A DNA stretch of 64,000 nucleotides from a virus: IMG/VR virus record IMGVR_UViG_3300042393_000799. The stretch is one strand, 5' to 3'. The notes beneath the pieces were generated by a model. It saw only the letters and a program-made list of their open reading frames with translations. It did no database searches and had not been told where the DNA came from. Positions within the stretch are counted from its first letter, which is position 1, and each line of letters starts with the position of its first letter. Shown piece by piece: positions 8,586 through 18,603 of the stretch. Position numbers and translations under genes: made by a program.

Positions 8586-11500
8586 TAGAATACGAACTGG
8601 AATGTCTTCAATAAGTCTTTTCCTTTTGTTGAATCTGCTTCAACATTGAATTCACTATATAGTTTTGTATACATTAAGTCCCATTCGTCTTTATCAGCTA
8701 AAGTGTTTAATTCGCTTGCATTATCTTTGATAAATTTCTTAACATCAGATCTTAAATCTTCGTTAACTTTTACCTCAAACATTTCTACTAAAGCATCTAA
8801 CGTTAATTTAGATTCTTCTACAAATTCCTCAGCATTTTCTTTATCGTCTGGTCCAACGTCTTCAACTTTGTAAGTTTCACCTTCAAATTCAAATTCCTTT
8901 TCACCATCTGCAATTGCTTTAGCTCTTGCAGCACCGAATGCATTTCCTTCAGATACTACTAATTCAAGATCTTTGTCTTTACCAGCAACAGCTGCGTCTA
9001 ATTCTGCTTCTAATTGTCTTTTCTTAGCTGTCAATGCTTTCATTTCATCTAATAATTCAGATTTTCTATCACCTTCAGCTACTTTCCAATCACCTGCTTT
9101 TTGTTGCATTTTAGTAGTAGTTTCACTCCATTCTTTTTGGATTTTATTGATTGATCTACCTTCATTAACAACAGATTCATCAATAGCATTTGGATATTTA
9201 GTATCTTTAGCTAAATCTAAAAGAGCTTTAATATCTTCTGCCTTATTTCTATTGTATTTGTCAGCATTCTTTTTATCTTTGAATATCGCAGATACTTGTT
9301 TACCGTTATCATCAATCATAATGATAATACCTTTTTTACCATAAACTCTCTCGTCTGTAACAGATATACCTTCAATAACTACTGATTCTGACATATTTGC
9401 ATCTAATACTTTTTGGAATGATTTAGCATCAGTAACTTCTTCTCCGAACAATTCAATTGTTTCGTCATCTAAATTAATATAAATTTCAGAACCTTGATGT
9501 TTCATATCTAAAATTATAGTCATGTAATCTTTACCAATTGCAGTACCACCACTAATATATTTACCAGCTTTTTCAGCCCATGTAGCAGCTTTCTTAACTA
9601 ATGAAGTTGCATAACTTCCTTTTCTTTTAGCAAAATCTAAAACATTAGAAGGTACTCTTGCTGCTTCATTGACTTTAGATTCAAATGCTTTATCTTTTTT
9701 AGGAGCTGGTAAAATATCACCAACTTCTGGTAATTTGTCATATTGTTTCATCCAGTTATCTTCTAACATCATACCGAACATTCCATGGAATCTTTTGTCT
9801 GATACTTTTGTAGGATCAGGGAAGCCTGAATTAATAACTGTATCAACTTTAATAATATAGATTTCATCAGCTTTAGGATCAAGTGCATATGTTATTAAAG
9901 TTTTATTAAAATCTTTAGCACCAAACATAGCTTCAGTTACAACTGATTCATCATACTCTTCATAATCATCATCATACTCTTCTTCCTGGTACCATGATTG
10001 ATTTGGATCACTTTCAGCTTCTTGTGTAAAATCATGCTTTTTGAAGTTAAAACGTTTTGGATCTTCAACTAAAGCTGGGAAAAGAACTTTTCCTTTAACT
10101 TTCTTTTTATCAAATGCAATATCAATACCATCTTGTCTATTAGGATTTTCAATTCCATTCATTTGAGCTAGTAATTCATAGTAATCTTTACCACCGAATT
10201 CACCATAACCGTCGTATTTCTTTTCTTCCCATTTATTACCTTTGTCATCAAACATTGTAATTGTAATGGTATTTTGTTTTTCAGAACCAATTTGATTTCC
10301 AGTATCTTGAGCCATCCATGAGAATTGACCTTCATTAACTACTGACTCATCCATGTTTTCTTTAGCAGTATCGTAAATTGTTTGTAACCATGCTTCAAAT
10401 TGACCAGGTTCACCAGATTTAGACAAATCATGATGTTCTTTTTTAAACTCTTTTACAAATGATTTAAAATCTTTTGCTTCTTGAGCCATAATATCAATAT
10501 TTGACATTGCACTTTCGTGTAACTTTGGATTTTTTATATTTTTTACAATAGTATCTAGCTTGTCATCAAAATAACCGTATACTGGTGATCCTGGAACTGC
10601 GTGATTAACTACTTCTCCGTTATGATAAATATTATAAGATCCACCTGCGTATTCTTCGCCATCTACATCTAAATCAAATGAATCTTCTTCTAGTGATTTT
10701 TTATTAACAGTAGCTTTAACACCATCTGCTTTAGAAAGAGCGCTAGCATATAATTCTGCAACTTTTTTTGTATCGTCTAATGTAAGACCTGCTGGTTTTT
10801 TAGCAGATTCTAAAAGTTCAGGATAGTATTCTTCAATAGTTTCTTGATCCATTTCATAGAAATCACTTTTAAGATATGCAAGAATGTCTTTTTTCTTACC
10901 AGTTACTTCATATGTTCCGGGTTGACCATTTGCACCTTTTACTTTGATCTTATATTTCTTGAATGCTGCTTTAGCTGCTTTGTCATCTTCTGTACTAGAA
11001 GCGTCCCATGCCATATCAAGTTCAATGGTTTCAACTTCGCTTTCATTTACAAAGGATTCAAATTTAAAATCTTGATTCTTTTGTGATTCAGCACTTACTA
11101 CAGCTAAATAACCGATTTTTGATTTAGGTACCTTTAGTTCAATGATTGCTTTTTGTTTAGCATCCCAAAGATCTTTACCTTCTACTTCAATTTTCTTGTT
11201 ATTAAAGAATGCAAAGAATAAAGTTTCGTTAACTTTATCTGCTTCTAAAGATTCTTTAATACTTAAGTCTTTTAAACTTCTAACAGGTACACCTTTTGTT
11301 TCACCATCTTCTGGATTTGAAAATGCTAATAAACCTGCAGCAATTAATCTCTTATAAAGCTCGGTTTTAACTAATTCAAAATCAATAGAATCAGATGAAT
11401 TTTCCCAAGTATCTCCTACGTATTCTGGATCAATCCAACCAATACCTCTTTTGATACTAGTTTCCATATCCTTGTAATCCGTTTCGAATTGCTTGATCTT

Positions 11501-11734
11501 TCCTTCATTGATCTCTGCGTTTGCAAGAGATAATGATTTCATTGCTGATAATTTATCAGTAAAAAATACTAAAGCCTCATTTAATGACAAAGGTTCTTTG
11601 ATATTTTTTGTAAGCGTTTCAGCTTTTATAGAGCTTTTAGTCTCTGACTTTAATAAAGCTAGTTTAACTGCTTCAGCAGTATAGCTTACTTCAGTCGTAA
11701 CTTCTTTATTATTGAAATTAATAAATGATGACAT
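8585..11734 (-). CDS. large (1049 aa) Lys/Glu-rich hypothetical protein, possibly virion-associated
   Basis: 3.15-kb uninterrupted ORF on dominant strand; no recognisable catalytic motif. Confidence 0.5.
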   Translation of the reverse strand: MSSFINFNNKEVTTEVSYTAEAVKLALLKSETKSSIKAETLTKNIKEPLSLNEALVFFTDKLSAMKSLSLANAEINEGKIKQFETDYKDMETSIKRGIGWIDPEYVGDTWENSSDSIDFELVKTELYKRLIAAGLLAFSNPEDGETKGVPVRSLKDLSIKESLEADKVNETLFFAFFNNKKIEVEGKDLWDAKQKAIIELKVPKSKIGYLAVVSAESQKNQDFKFESFVNESEVETIELDMAWDASSTEDDKAAKAAFKKYKIKVKGANGQPGTYEVTGKKKDILAYLKSDFYEMDQETIEEYYPELLESAKKPAGLTLDDTKKVAELYASALSKADGVKATVNKKSLEEDSFDLDVDGEEYAGGSYNIYHNGEVVNHAVPGSPVYGYFDDKLDTIVKNIKNPKLHESAMSNIDIMAQEAKDFKSFVKEFKKEHHDLSKSGEPGQFEAWLQTIYDTAKENMDESVVNEGQFSWMAQDTGNQIGSEKQNTITITMFDDKGNKWEEKKYDGYGEFGGKDYYELLAQMNGIENPNRQDGIDIAFDKKKVKGKVLFPALVEDPKRFNFKKHDFTQEAESDPNQSWYQEEEYDDDYEEYDESVVTEAMFGAKDFNKTLITYALDPKADEIYIIKVDTVINSGFPDPTKVSDKRFHGMFGMMLEDNWMKQYDKLPEVGDILPAPKKDKAFESKVNEAARVPSNVLDFAKRKGSYATSLVKKAATWAEKAGKYISGGTAIGKDYMTIILDMKHQGSEIYINLDDETIELFGEEVTDAKSFQKVLDANMSESVVIEGISVTDERVYGKKGIIIMIDDNGKQVSAIFKDKKNADKYNRNKAEDIKALLDLAKDTKYPNAIDESVVNEGRSINKIQKEWSETTTKMQQKAGDWKVAEGDRKSELLDEMKALTAKKRQLEAELDAAVAGKDKDLELVVSEGNAFGAARAKAIADGEKEFEFEGETYKVEDVGPDDKENAEEFVEESKLTLDALVEMFEVKVNEDLRSDVKKFIKDNASELNTLADKDEWDLMYTKLYSEFNVEADSTKGKDLLKTFQFVF

Positions 11735-11766
11735 ATGTTTGTTTGTATATTTTACTTTATATATTC

Positions 11767-12198
11767 TTATTTTTTACCAGCACCGGAACCTTTACCACTT
11801 CCGCTTCCAGAACCTGAACCACTTCCGCTTCCAGAACCTGAACCTTTACCACTTGAACGGCCAGAACCTGTACCATAAGCATATCCTGTTCCACCTATAT
11901 TTGATCCACTTCCAGTGCCCGATCCTGATCCAGATCCTGAACCACTAGTAGCATTTTTACCTGTTTTTGGTTTTTTAGGTGTAAGTTTTTTAGCTTTTGC
12001 TTCTTTAGCAATTGGTGCTACTTCTTTTACTGGTTTAGCAGCTTTAATTTTAGTAGGCTTTTTTACTGTAGGTTCTACAATAGGATCAAGTACTGAACCT
12101 CTTTTAGAATCTTCTTTCTCTTTTTTTGCAACTGCTTTAAAAATAGTTATAATAACTACTAAAGATACTAGCACTACTGCGATGATTGTTGTACTCAT
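11767..12198 (-). CDS. membrane-anchored low-complexity protein (N-terminal TM, AKP/K-rich linker, Gly-Ser repeats)
   Basis: 143-aa ORF; MSTTIIAVVLVSLVVIITIF TM; (SGSG)n tail encoded by tandem DNA repeats. Confidence 0.4.
   Translation of the reverse strand: MSTTIIAVVLVSLVVIITIFKAVAKKEKEDSKRGSVLDPIVEPTVKKPTKIKAAKPVKEVAPIAKEAKAKKLTPKKPKTGKNATSGSGSGSGSGTGSGSNIGGTGYAYGTGSGRSSGKGSGSGSGSGSGSGSGSGKGSGAGKK
11790..11850. repeat. tandem direct repeat (~27 nt x2 plus degenerate copies) encoding Gly-Ser repeats
   Basis: ccacttccgcttccagaacctgaa occurs twice in tandem. Confidence 0.6.
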
Positions 12199-12263
12199 AA
12201 TTTTGTTTTTTATTATTTTTGATTATATATTTATATTATTTATCTTCGTTTTGTTTCATAAAA

Positions 12264-12295
12264 GAAAAAAGCAGCTAAAAAGCTGCTCTTTGTTC
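12264..12295 (-). terminator. rho-independent terminator
   Basis: hairpin gcagct/agctgc (12271-12286) flanked by A-run and T-run. Confidence 0.5.
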
Positions 12296-12298
12296 TGT

Positions 12299-12502
12299 TT
12301 AAGCTGGACCACCGACTCCGAAATGGACCCAATTTGCGTAATCATCTGCTATGTCATAAAGATCATCTAAACTAATTTGGAAAATGTGATCATTTTTAAC
12401 ACTTGTAACTTCTACGGTTTTTGAATCATGCTCAGAAGCGGGAACAACTTCTGGGATAAATTCAGCCATTGTAAAACTAGATATTTTTAAAGGGTAAGGC
12501 AT
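12299..12502 (-). CDS. hypothetical small protein
   Basis: 67-aa ORF. Confidence 0.35.
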   Translation of the reverse strand: MPYPLKISSFTMAEFIPEVVPASEHDSKTVEVTSVKNDHIFQISLDDLYDIADDYANWVHFGVGGPA

Positions 12503-12533
12503 ATACTCTCTTATTATATATCTAACACGAAAT

Positions 12534-13286
12534 TTAGATGTTTTTTAGATTTTCAACCATCCAATCCAATTCTACTTGACTAGCTGCGTCTGAGATGGCA
12601 TTATCAGGATCTGGATGTGTTTCAATAAATACTCCATCATATTCAAAAATACGCGCAGCTAAAGAATATTGTTTTGCAAGTTTTCTGCTTCCACCAGTAA
12701 TACCATCACCTGACATTTGAGTTGAGTGTGTACAATCAAAGATAACTTTATCTGCAAATTGTTTCATAACATCAACACCTCTAAAATCTACAATTAATCT
12801 ATCGAAGCCAAATTGAGATCCACGTTCTGTAATCCATACTTGACATGTTGGATTTACTTCTTTGATCTTGGTAACAGCATGTTTCATTGCATCTGCAGAT
12901 AACCACTGACCTTTCTTAACGTTAATAATATCAAAGTGTTTTGCACATTCTATAAGAAGATCTGTTTGTCTACACAAGAATGCTGGAATTTGAATCACAT
13001 CTACTACATCTGATAATGGTAATGCTTGATCTGCAGTATGAATATCTGTAACAATTTTAAGACCTGGAAATTTATCTTTAACATTTCGCATGATCTGAAT
13101 ACCTTCGTCCAAACCTGGACCTCGATTAGAGTGAATTGAAGTTCTATTGGCTTTATCAAAGCTACCTTTAAGATACCAATCTTTTCCTTGCATTAAAGGA
13201 TATAGTGCATTTGCTACTTCTATGAAGTTGTCCTCGCTTTCAATGCTACAAGGACCTAGAATATATGTGTAATTTTCCATTTTCAT
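12534..13286 (-). CDS. kdsA: 3-deoxy-D-manno-octulosonate 8-phosphate (KDO8P) synthase
   Basis: conserved blocks GPCSIES, KGSFDKANRTSIHSNRGPGLDEG, ITDIH, VVDVIQIPAFLCRQTDL, NVKKGQ, ITERGSQFGFDRLIVD, FDCTHS match KdsA/DAHP-synthase family throughout. Confidence 0.88.
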   Translation of the reverse strand: MKMENYTYILGPCSIESEDNFIEVANALYPLMQGKDWYLKGSFDKANRTSIHSNRGPGLDEGIQIMRNVKDKFPGLKIVTDIHTADQALPLSDVVDVIQIPAFLCRQTDLLIECAKHFDIINVKKGQWLSADAMKHAVTKIKEVNPTCQVWITERGSQFGFDRLIVDFRGVDVMKQFADKVIFDCTHSTQMSGDGITGGSRKLAKQYSLAARIFEYDGVFIETHPDPDNAISDAASQVELDWMVENLKNI

Positions 13287-13317
13287 TTATGAGTTATATG
13301 AAAATCTTGGAAATAGT

Positions 13318-13485
13318 TTATTTTTTACGTAACATCATTTCAACAATCATGCCATGAGATTGGTAAACGGCTAAATGTTGACCATTTAGCCTTTCGCCTT
13401 TCTTAATAGATTCCACCATTGATTTAAAAAAATGCATTGGAACCTCACCTTTGTCTATGTAGTGTTTCCACTCTTGAGGATTCAT
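13318..13485 (-). CDS. small ORF (55 aa) translationally coupled to upstream gene via TAATG overlap
   Basis: ATG (rc of 13483-13485) overlaps stop of gene 13485-15305; MNPQEWKHYIDKGEVPMHFFKSMVESIKKGERLNGQHLAVYQSHGMIVEMMLRKK; not in supplied ORF track. Confidence 0.3.
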   Translation of the reverse strand: MNPQEWKHYIDKGEVPMHFFKSMVESIKKGERLNGQHLAVYQSHGMIVEMMLRKK

Positions 13486-15305
13486 TATTCTTCACCTTCT
13501 TGATTTTGAAATCTGGTAGGTACTGGATTTGAAGGTCTTCCAGTTGCACCGAATCCAATATTGAATTCGAATTTCAATAAACTTAATGTATCTAATCCAT
13601 CTGTTTTATTAACTTTAGCTTTACCTTCTTTTTTATCATACTTCCAAACTTCGTTTGTAAACATTTGAGAATCAGCAGTAGAATTATACGTATTTGCATA
13701 TATGTTACCTAAATCGTAATATGCTTCGTATTGTGCTCTCAATTTATCTTCATCGATATCTTGATTTTTCTTTTTCACGTAAGCTATTGCAGATGCAATT
13801 GATTTTTCTTTACGTGCTTTGTATTTTGGATCTTCTAGATCAAAATCATATTTCTTAGACATTGCTTTAATGTCTTCATGTGCTTTCGCCGTATCTCCAT
13901 CAAATATAGATGAATACATCTCTGTTTTGTTAGACATTTTAGTTAAATCACCTTTTATTTCTTCAGGACTAATCTTCTTACCGTCTTTACTTGTGTATTC
14001 TTTGTATTCAGTTAATTCTGTTTTATCTCCAGAAGCTGATGCTCCACCAGCATCTTTTTTAATAGATCTAGTTTCAACACTAGTCATAATTAATTGTAAT
14101 TTTCTTTGAATTTCTTCTGGTGAATCTTTTTCAAAATCAACTTTTTCTGGTGAAATAGAAACAATATCACCTAACGGAAAGTTAGAAGCGGCTGGCATAT
14201 AAACTGAATTACCTTTATTAAGTTCTCTCATATATGAAACCATTTCAACTACATCAGCTGCTCCAGTTGACATATACGGATCCTTCATCATTCTTCCAGT
14301 AATTTCCATTAATTTGTCATCATATTCTTGCTGATCTTTAATATCTTTAAGATTTTTAAAATCATCAATTATGGCTTGTTGTTCTTTGGTAGGTTCTTCA
14401 TCTGCAAATTGTTTAGCAAAACCATCTGCTAAAATATCTGCTGTACCATCTTTTAGTTTTTTTCTATTTTCTGGTGTGGTAGGAGGTGTATCAGGAAATG
14501 CAGATAATGTTTCAATATTATCAGTGTCTTTAAATGCTTTTGCAGTTAGGTCAATAATTTTATTATATTTCTCTAATACTTTTTTTGCACGTTTTGCTTC
14601 TTTTTCATTACCATAGATTTCAAGTAATCTTTCGTCGCTGGGAACATCATGTCTTGTATAGTCAGCACCGTCAATAGAAACACCATTGTCTAATTGTTTA
14701 ACTTCCATTTTGGCTTTTTTATCACCAAAGATTTTAGCTCCGGTCATTGCTTTTTTAGCAATACGTTTACTACCATCTTTTTCAATATTATCAATCCCGT
14801 AATCATTAGCAACATCAATAAGACCCTTTGGCGTAGTTTTATCACCTAATGATTTTCTATAAAGACCAGTTGAAGCAGTGTCTACATATAATTTAGTACC
14901 TCCTGCATTTTTTTTAATCCAACCAGATTCAACATATTTACCTAACAATTCTTTCTTTTCTTCAGCTGATACATTTGGATCTTGGATCTTTCTAATACCG
15001 CTTAATAATTCTTCAGCATTTGCTTTTTGTTCTGGATCTGTTATATCTTTTAATGCTTTTTCAATATTATCGGTAATTTTATTTAAACCAGATAATTTTT
15101 TATCATCTTCTGTTTCGACATCACCTCTTTTAGATGTAACACCATCTATTGTAACTTTTGTATTATCTCCGATTTTATGTTCATCTTCATAATCAGCCAT
15201 CTCTTCTTTATCTGTAAAGTCAAGCTCATTGATAGCATTTTTTGCATTCATTTTTGCCATAGCAATAGCAAAATCATTTCTGATATCGTTAAATTGTTTT
15301 TTCAT
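13485..15305 (-). CDS. large (606 aa) Lys/Asp-rich hypothetical protein
   Basis: long ORF on dominant strand. Confidence 0.5.
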   Translation of the reverse strand: MKKQFNDIRNDFAIAMAKMNAKNAINELDFTDKEEMADYEDEHKIGDNTKVTIDGVTSKRGDVETEDDKKLSGLNKITDNIEKALKDITDPEQKANAEELLSGIRKIQDPNVSAEEKKELLGKYVESGWIKKNAGGTKLYVDTASTGLYRKSLGDKTTPKGLIDVANDYGIDNIEKDGSKRIAKKAMTGAKIFGDKKAKMEVKQLDNGVSIDGADYTRHDVPSDERLLEIYGNEKEAKRAKKVLEKYNKIIDLTAKAFKDTDNIETLSAFPDTPPTTPENRKKLKDGTADILADGFAKQFADEEPTKEQQAIIDDFKNLKDIKDQQEYDDKLMEITGRMMKDPYMSTGAADVVEMVSYMRELNKGNSVYMPAASNFPLGDIVSISPEKVDFEKDSPEEIQRKLQLIMTSVETRSIKKDAGGASASGDKTELTEYKEYTSKDGKKISPEEIKGDLTKMSNKTEMYSSIFDGDTAKAHEDIKAMSKKYDFDLEDPKYKARKEKSIASAIAYVKKKNQDIDEDKLRAQYEAYYDLGNIYANTYNSTADSQMFTNEVWKYDKKEGKAKVNKTDGLDTLSLLKFEFNIGFGATGRPSNPVPTRFQNQEGEE

Positions 15306-15311
15306 ATTAAA

Positions 15312-15911
15312 TTATTTATATGCTCTGATTGTGGAAATTTGAATTCCTTCGTGTTCTTGTTCTAATGATTTTACTAATACTAAATTAGCTTCATCATCAT
15401 CGTAAAATTGTAGGTCGCTATAACCCATATTGATCAATTCTCTAAACGCTTGTTTTTTACGATCTGATATACTACCTTTAAATTTATGTACTGAATCATT
15501 TACTGCAAAAATAAGATCTTTGTCGATTCTAAATCCAACATGTTCTCTTAACCATCTATAGATCATTTCTCTATCATCTCTTGCTGTAACAATTCCAACT
15601 GCGATACGTGATTTATAAGCTTCTTTGAATATGTCTAAGTAATGTTCAATCATTTGACCAGCTTTCATAATCTCTAATGATTTAAATTCATCAAAGTTTA
15701 ATTCATGATCTGCATGTTTTTCATAACTATTAAATTCCTCTGGTGTTAATGAATAACATTCTCCGGTTTTCTTATTGCAAACCTTAATCTTAGCTGAAGA
15801 AATAACTAATGTGTCGTCAAGATCAAACACAAGAATTTTTGAACCATGATATGGTTTTCCAGCTCTGTTTACCTCATTCAGGTATTCTGTGTAATTCTTA
15901 AGGTGTTTCAT
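15312..15911 (-). CDS. HAD-superfamily hydrolase with family N-terminal motif (MKHLKNYTEYLNE)
   Basis: DxDxT motif FDLDDTL near N-terminus; 199 aa. Confidence 0.6.
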   Translation of the reverse strand: MKHLKNYTEYLNEVNRAGKPYHGSKILVFDLDDTLVISSAKIKVCNKKTGECYSLTPEEFNSYEKHADHELNFDEFKSLEIMKAGQMIEHYLDIFKEAYKSRIAVGIVTARDDREMIYRWLREHVGFRIDKDLIFAVNDSVHKFKGSISDRKKQAFRELINMGYSDLQFYDDDEANLVLVKSLEQEHEGIQISTIRAYK

Positions 15912-15941
15912 CTTTAATTATACTAAAAAATCTAATAATGT

Positions 15942-16205
15942 TTATTTATTAGATTCTTGTTTTATTTTTATAGCAGCAATTTTTATATCAATTTTTGCTA
16001 TTTCTGCTTGCATAGATAATTTTTGAGCATTAAGTGATAATATTTCAGATTTTAATGGATCCTCTTCATTTCTCATTGCTTTTGCAGTTTCAACCGCTTT
16101 AGATTTAATGTCGTTTTTCTTTGAATCTAATTCTCTAACTTTAAGATTTAGGTCAGCTACTTTTTGAGCATCCTCAAATAATTGGAAAGTTTTCAGGTGT
16201 TTCAT
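15942..16205 (-). CDS. small coiled-coil protein, family-like N-terminus MKHLKTFQLFED
   Basis: 87-aa ORF. Confidence 0.4.
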   Translation of the reverse strand: MKHLKTFQLFEDAQKVADLNLKVRELDSKKNDIKSKAVETAKAMRNEEDPLKSEILSLNAQKLSMQAEIAKIDIKIAAIKIKQESNK

Positions 16206-16497
16206 CTTTTGGTATTTCTTTTTCTATTTCTAGAGTCCATAGCCTATTATTAGGTACTACGAATTTTCTTTCATGTCCAAAAACATAAAAAGTTGTTTTA
16301 TATATATTTTGTCTAACTATTCTAGCTTTCTTAGCGCCTTTAATATAAACAATATCGTCTACATTAAAATCATTACCCCATAAAAACTGCATACCAATAA
16401 CAAGATTAGCAATCATGTCTTTGAATGTAAATGAAATTATAGCTACTGCTGTCACCCAACCCCATTCTGATATGTATTGTCCTATTAATTCTTTCAT
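16174..16497 (-). CDS. hypothetical membrane-associated protein
   Basis: 107-aa ORF with hydrophobic N-terminal segment. Confidence 0.4.
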   Translation of the reverse strand: MKELIGQYISEWGWVTAVAIISFTFKDMIANLVIGMQFLWGNDFNVDDIVYIKGAKKARIVRQNIYKTTFYVFGHERKFVVPNNRLWTLEIEKEIPKDETPENFPII

Positions 16498-16982
16498 ATT
16501 AGTCCCATTGCACTTAGATTTTGTAAAACCACTTGTTGACTTAACATTACAACTTGTGAAGCTTCGATTTTGTCCATAAATTTGGCATTATCAATTTCTT
16601 CACGCTGTAATTGTCCTTTAGGTACCACTAGATCTTTAAGTCCTATTTTAGACAGGTTATCTATTTCAACTATAAAATAATAAATAACTTTATTATACTT
16701 ATACTTTCTAGAAGTTAAAACAAATGTATGTTCATTTTTGCTTATTAAAGATTTAGGAACTTTGATACCGAACTCTTCATAAGTTTCTCTGATAGCAGCA
16801 TCTAAATGTGATTCACCTTCTTCGATGCCACCTTTAGATATACCATAACCTGTTCCTTCTTTTCTACCTCTAGATTGACCTAACAAAATTTTACCATCAA
16901 ACACAATCGCAAGACCAGCTGAATATCTAGTGTCTAGATATTTCTCGTTGATAAATTGATCATATTTTTTTAGGTGTTTCAT
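16494..16982 (-). CDS. Nudix hydrolase with family N-terminal motif (MKHLKKYDQFINE)
   Basis: Nudix box GGIEEGESHLDAAIRETYEEFG (Gx5Ex7REUxEExGU). Confidence 0.75.
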   Translation of the reverse strand: MKHLKKYDQFINEKYLDTRYSAGLAIVFDGKILLGQSRGRKEGTGYGISKGGIEEGESHLDAAIRETYEEFGIKVPKSLISKNEHTFVLTSRKYKYNKVIYYFIVEIDNLSKIGLKDLVVPKGQLQREEIDNAKFMDKIEASQVVMLSQQVVLQNLSAMGLI

Positions 16983-17272
16983 TATGCTGTAGTTTCGTCA
17001 TCTAATCTTTTAATCTCTTCTTGTATTTCAAATAATCTCCATTCGAAATCAAATAGCTCTTGACGACTTAATTTATTTTGTTTAAATGACTTTTTAGCTC
17101 TGCTGTATTCTTCAGTCAATCGCTTAAGTACTTTCTTTAGTTCACTCTTTGTTTGATTGGTGCCAATCGAATGTTGAGTATTACTCTTGTCTATTTTTAC
17201 CTCATTCGTTTTTTCAACCACGATCATCTCGAAGTCTGAAAATAGCATTAGAAACTTTTCTGTAGTGCTCAT
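16982..17272 (-). CDS. hypothetical coiled-coil protein
   Basis: 96-aa ORF, ATGA overlap with upstream gene. Confidence 0.4.
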   Translation of the reverse strand: MSTTEKFLMLFSDFEMIVVEKTNEVKIDKSNTQHSIGTNQTKSELKKVLKRLTEEYSRAKKSFKQNKLSRQELFDFEWRLFEIQEEIKRLDDETTA

Positions 17273-17307
17273 GATGTTTTTATGTTTTTAATTTAAACAC
17301 TTATAAC

Positions 17308-17700
17308 TTATATATCGAGTTTATATTTTTCTTTAACTCTTTCACTAATTGGTATGGGATCACCATTCTCATCTATTCGTACAAACTTGATATTTGTACA
17401 TAATATAATTGATTGACTGCCTGAATATACGTTATGTGCTCTGGCTTCTAAATATAGCGTAATACTCGTTCTACCGATATTTAGCATTTTACCATAAATT
17501 TTTAATAGTTGACCTTCTTTTGCAGGTTTTTTAAACTCACACTTATCAATCATTACTGTAACCATTCTTGGTGTATCACACACTTGCATTGCATATCCTG
17601 CAGCTGCAGCATCTAACCATGCTAATAGTTTTCCACCAAAAAGATTTCCATGAAAACCCAAATCTGACTTTTTGATAGGGTGTGTTGTTATATGTTCCAT
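17308..17700 (-). CDS. hotdog-fold acyl-CoA thioesterase (YciA/4HBT-like)
   Basis: GNLFGGKLLAWLD motif characteristic of YciA-type thioesterases. Confidence 0.6.
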   Translation of the reverse strand: MEHITTHPIKKSDLGFHGNLFGGKLLAWLDAAAAGYAMQVCDTPRMVTVMIDKCEFKKPAKEGQLLKIYGKMLNIGRTSITLYLEARAHNVYSGSQSIILCTNIKFVRIDENGDPIPISERVKEKYKLDI

Positions 17701-17709
17701 TTATTAGTT

Positions 17710-18603
17710 TTACTTAATTGATTTTATCCAAGATAATAAGTTTGTTTCAGGTTTCCAACCCAATTGTTTAGTTATTTTTGCAATATCTGCAACAGAACGC
17801 ATAGGTTCCTCTCTTTTTTCTAAATGTTTGATTTCACCACCAAATGCTTCAGCTACTTCAATAACTTGAGTTTCTGTGCCAGATCCAACATTATAAATTG
17901 GCATTGTGGTCTTAAATTCGGCCTGACTACTCATTATAATAGCATTGACTACATCTTTAACATAAATCCAATCTCTGGTTTGTGCACCATCACCAGTTAC
18001 AGTAATAGGTTGATAAGATTCATATTGTTGTAAGAAAATAGGCACTGCACTTCGGTATCCACCAGTAGCTCTTTGACCTTCACCAAAGACATTAAAAAAT
18101 CTTAGAGCTGTACACTTAAATTGAGGTTTATTATAACTCATCATCATGTGTTCCATTTCCAATTTAAATTCGGCATAAGGACTCATTGGACTTGGTGTAT
18201 CACTCTCTTTTAGAGGCACTTGTTCTGAATCACCATAAACTGCAGCAGTGGATGCAGCTACCATTGAAGTAGCTCCCATTTCATAAGCCCAACTCATGAC
18301 TCTTCTACTTGCAACACATATACCTGTCCAATATTTCATTGGCTCTTCTAAACTTTCAGGTACACTAATAGGTGCAGCTAAATGAAATAGAGTATCAAAT
18401 TTATAAGTTGGCAATTTACCATTAGTAATATCTATGGCTTCAATAATTAGATTTGGATGTGGCTCTAAATTGTCAATTGATCCAGTACTGAAATTATCAA
18501 GTACAGTTACAAACCATCCATTATTTAATAGTTCTTTAACTAGATGTGAACCGATAAAACCAGCTCCACCTGTAACTACAGCTTTCATACTTCTTTTTGA
18601 CAT
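17710..18603 (-). CDS. NAD-dependent sugar epimerase/dehydratase (extended SDR)
   Basis: N-terminal Rossmann motif VVTGGAGFIGSHLV; SDR-epimerase length and architecture. Confidence 0.8.
   Translation of the reverse strand: MSKRSMKAVVTGGAGFIGSHLVKELLNNGWFVTVLDNFSTGSIDNLEPHPNLIIEAIDITNGKLPTYKFDTLFHLAAPISVPESLEEPMKYWTGICVASRRVMSWAYEMGATSMVAASTAAVYGDSEQVPLKESDTPSPMSPYAEFKLEMEHMMMSYNKPQFKCTALRFFNVFGEGQRATGGYRSAVPIFLQQYESYQPITVTGDGAQTRDWIYVKDVVNAIIMSSQAEFKTTMPIYNVGSGTETQVIEVAEAFGGEIKHLEKREEPMRSVADIAKITKQLGWKPETNLLSWIKSIK

Noticed and set aside
11790-11850. Short direct repeats considered as a possible CRISPR array
   Set aside because: Repeats are contiguous with no spacers, lie within a coding frame for Gly-Ser repeats, and no cas genes are nearby. 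Nothing CRISPR-like was seen elsewhere in the window.
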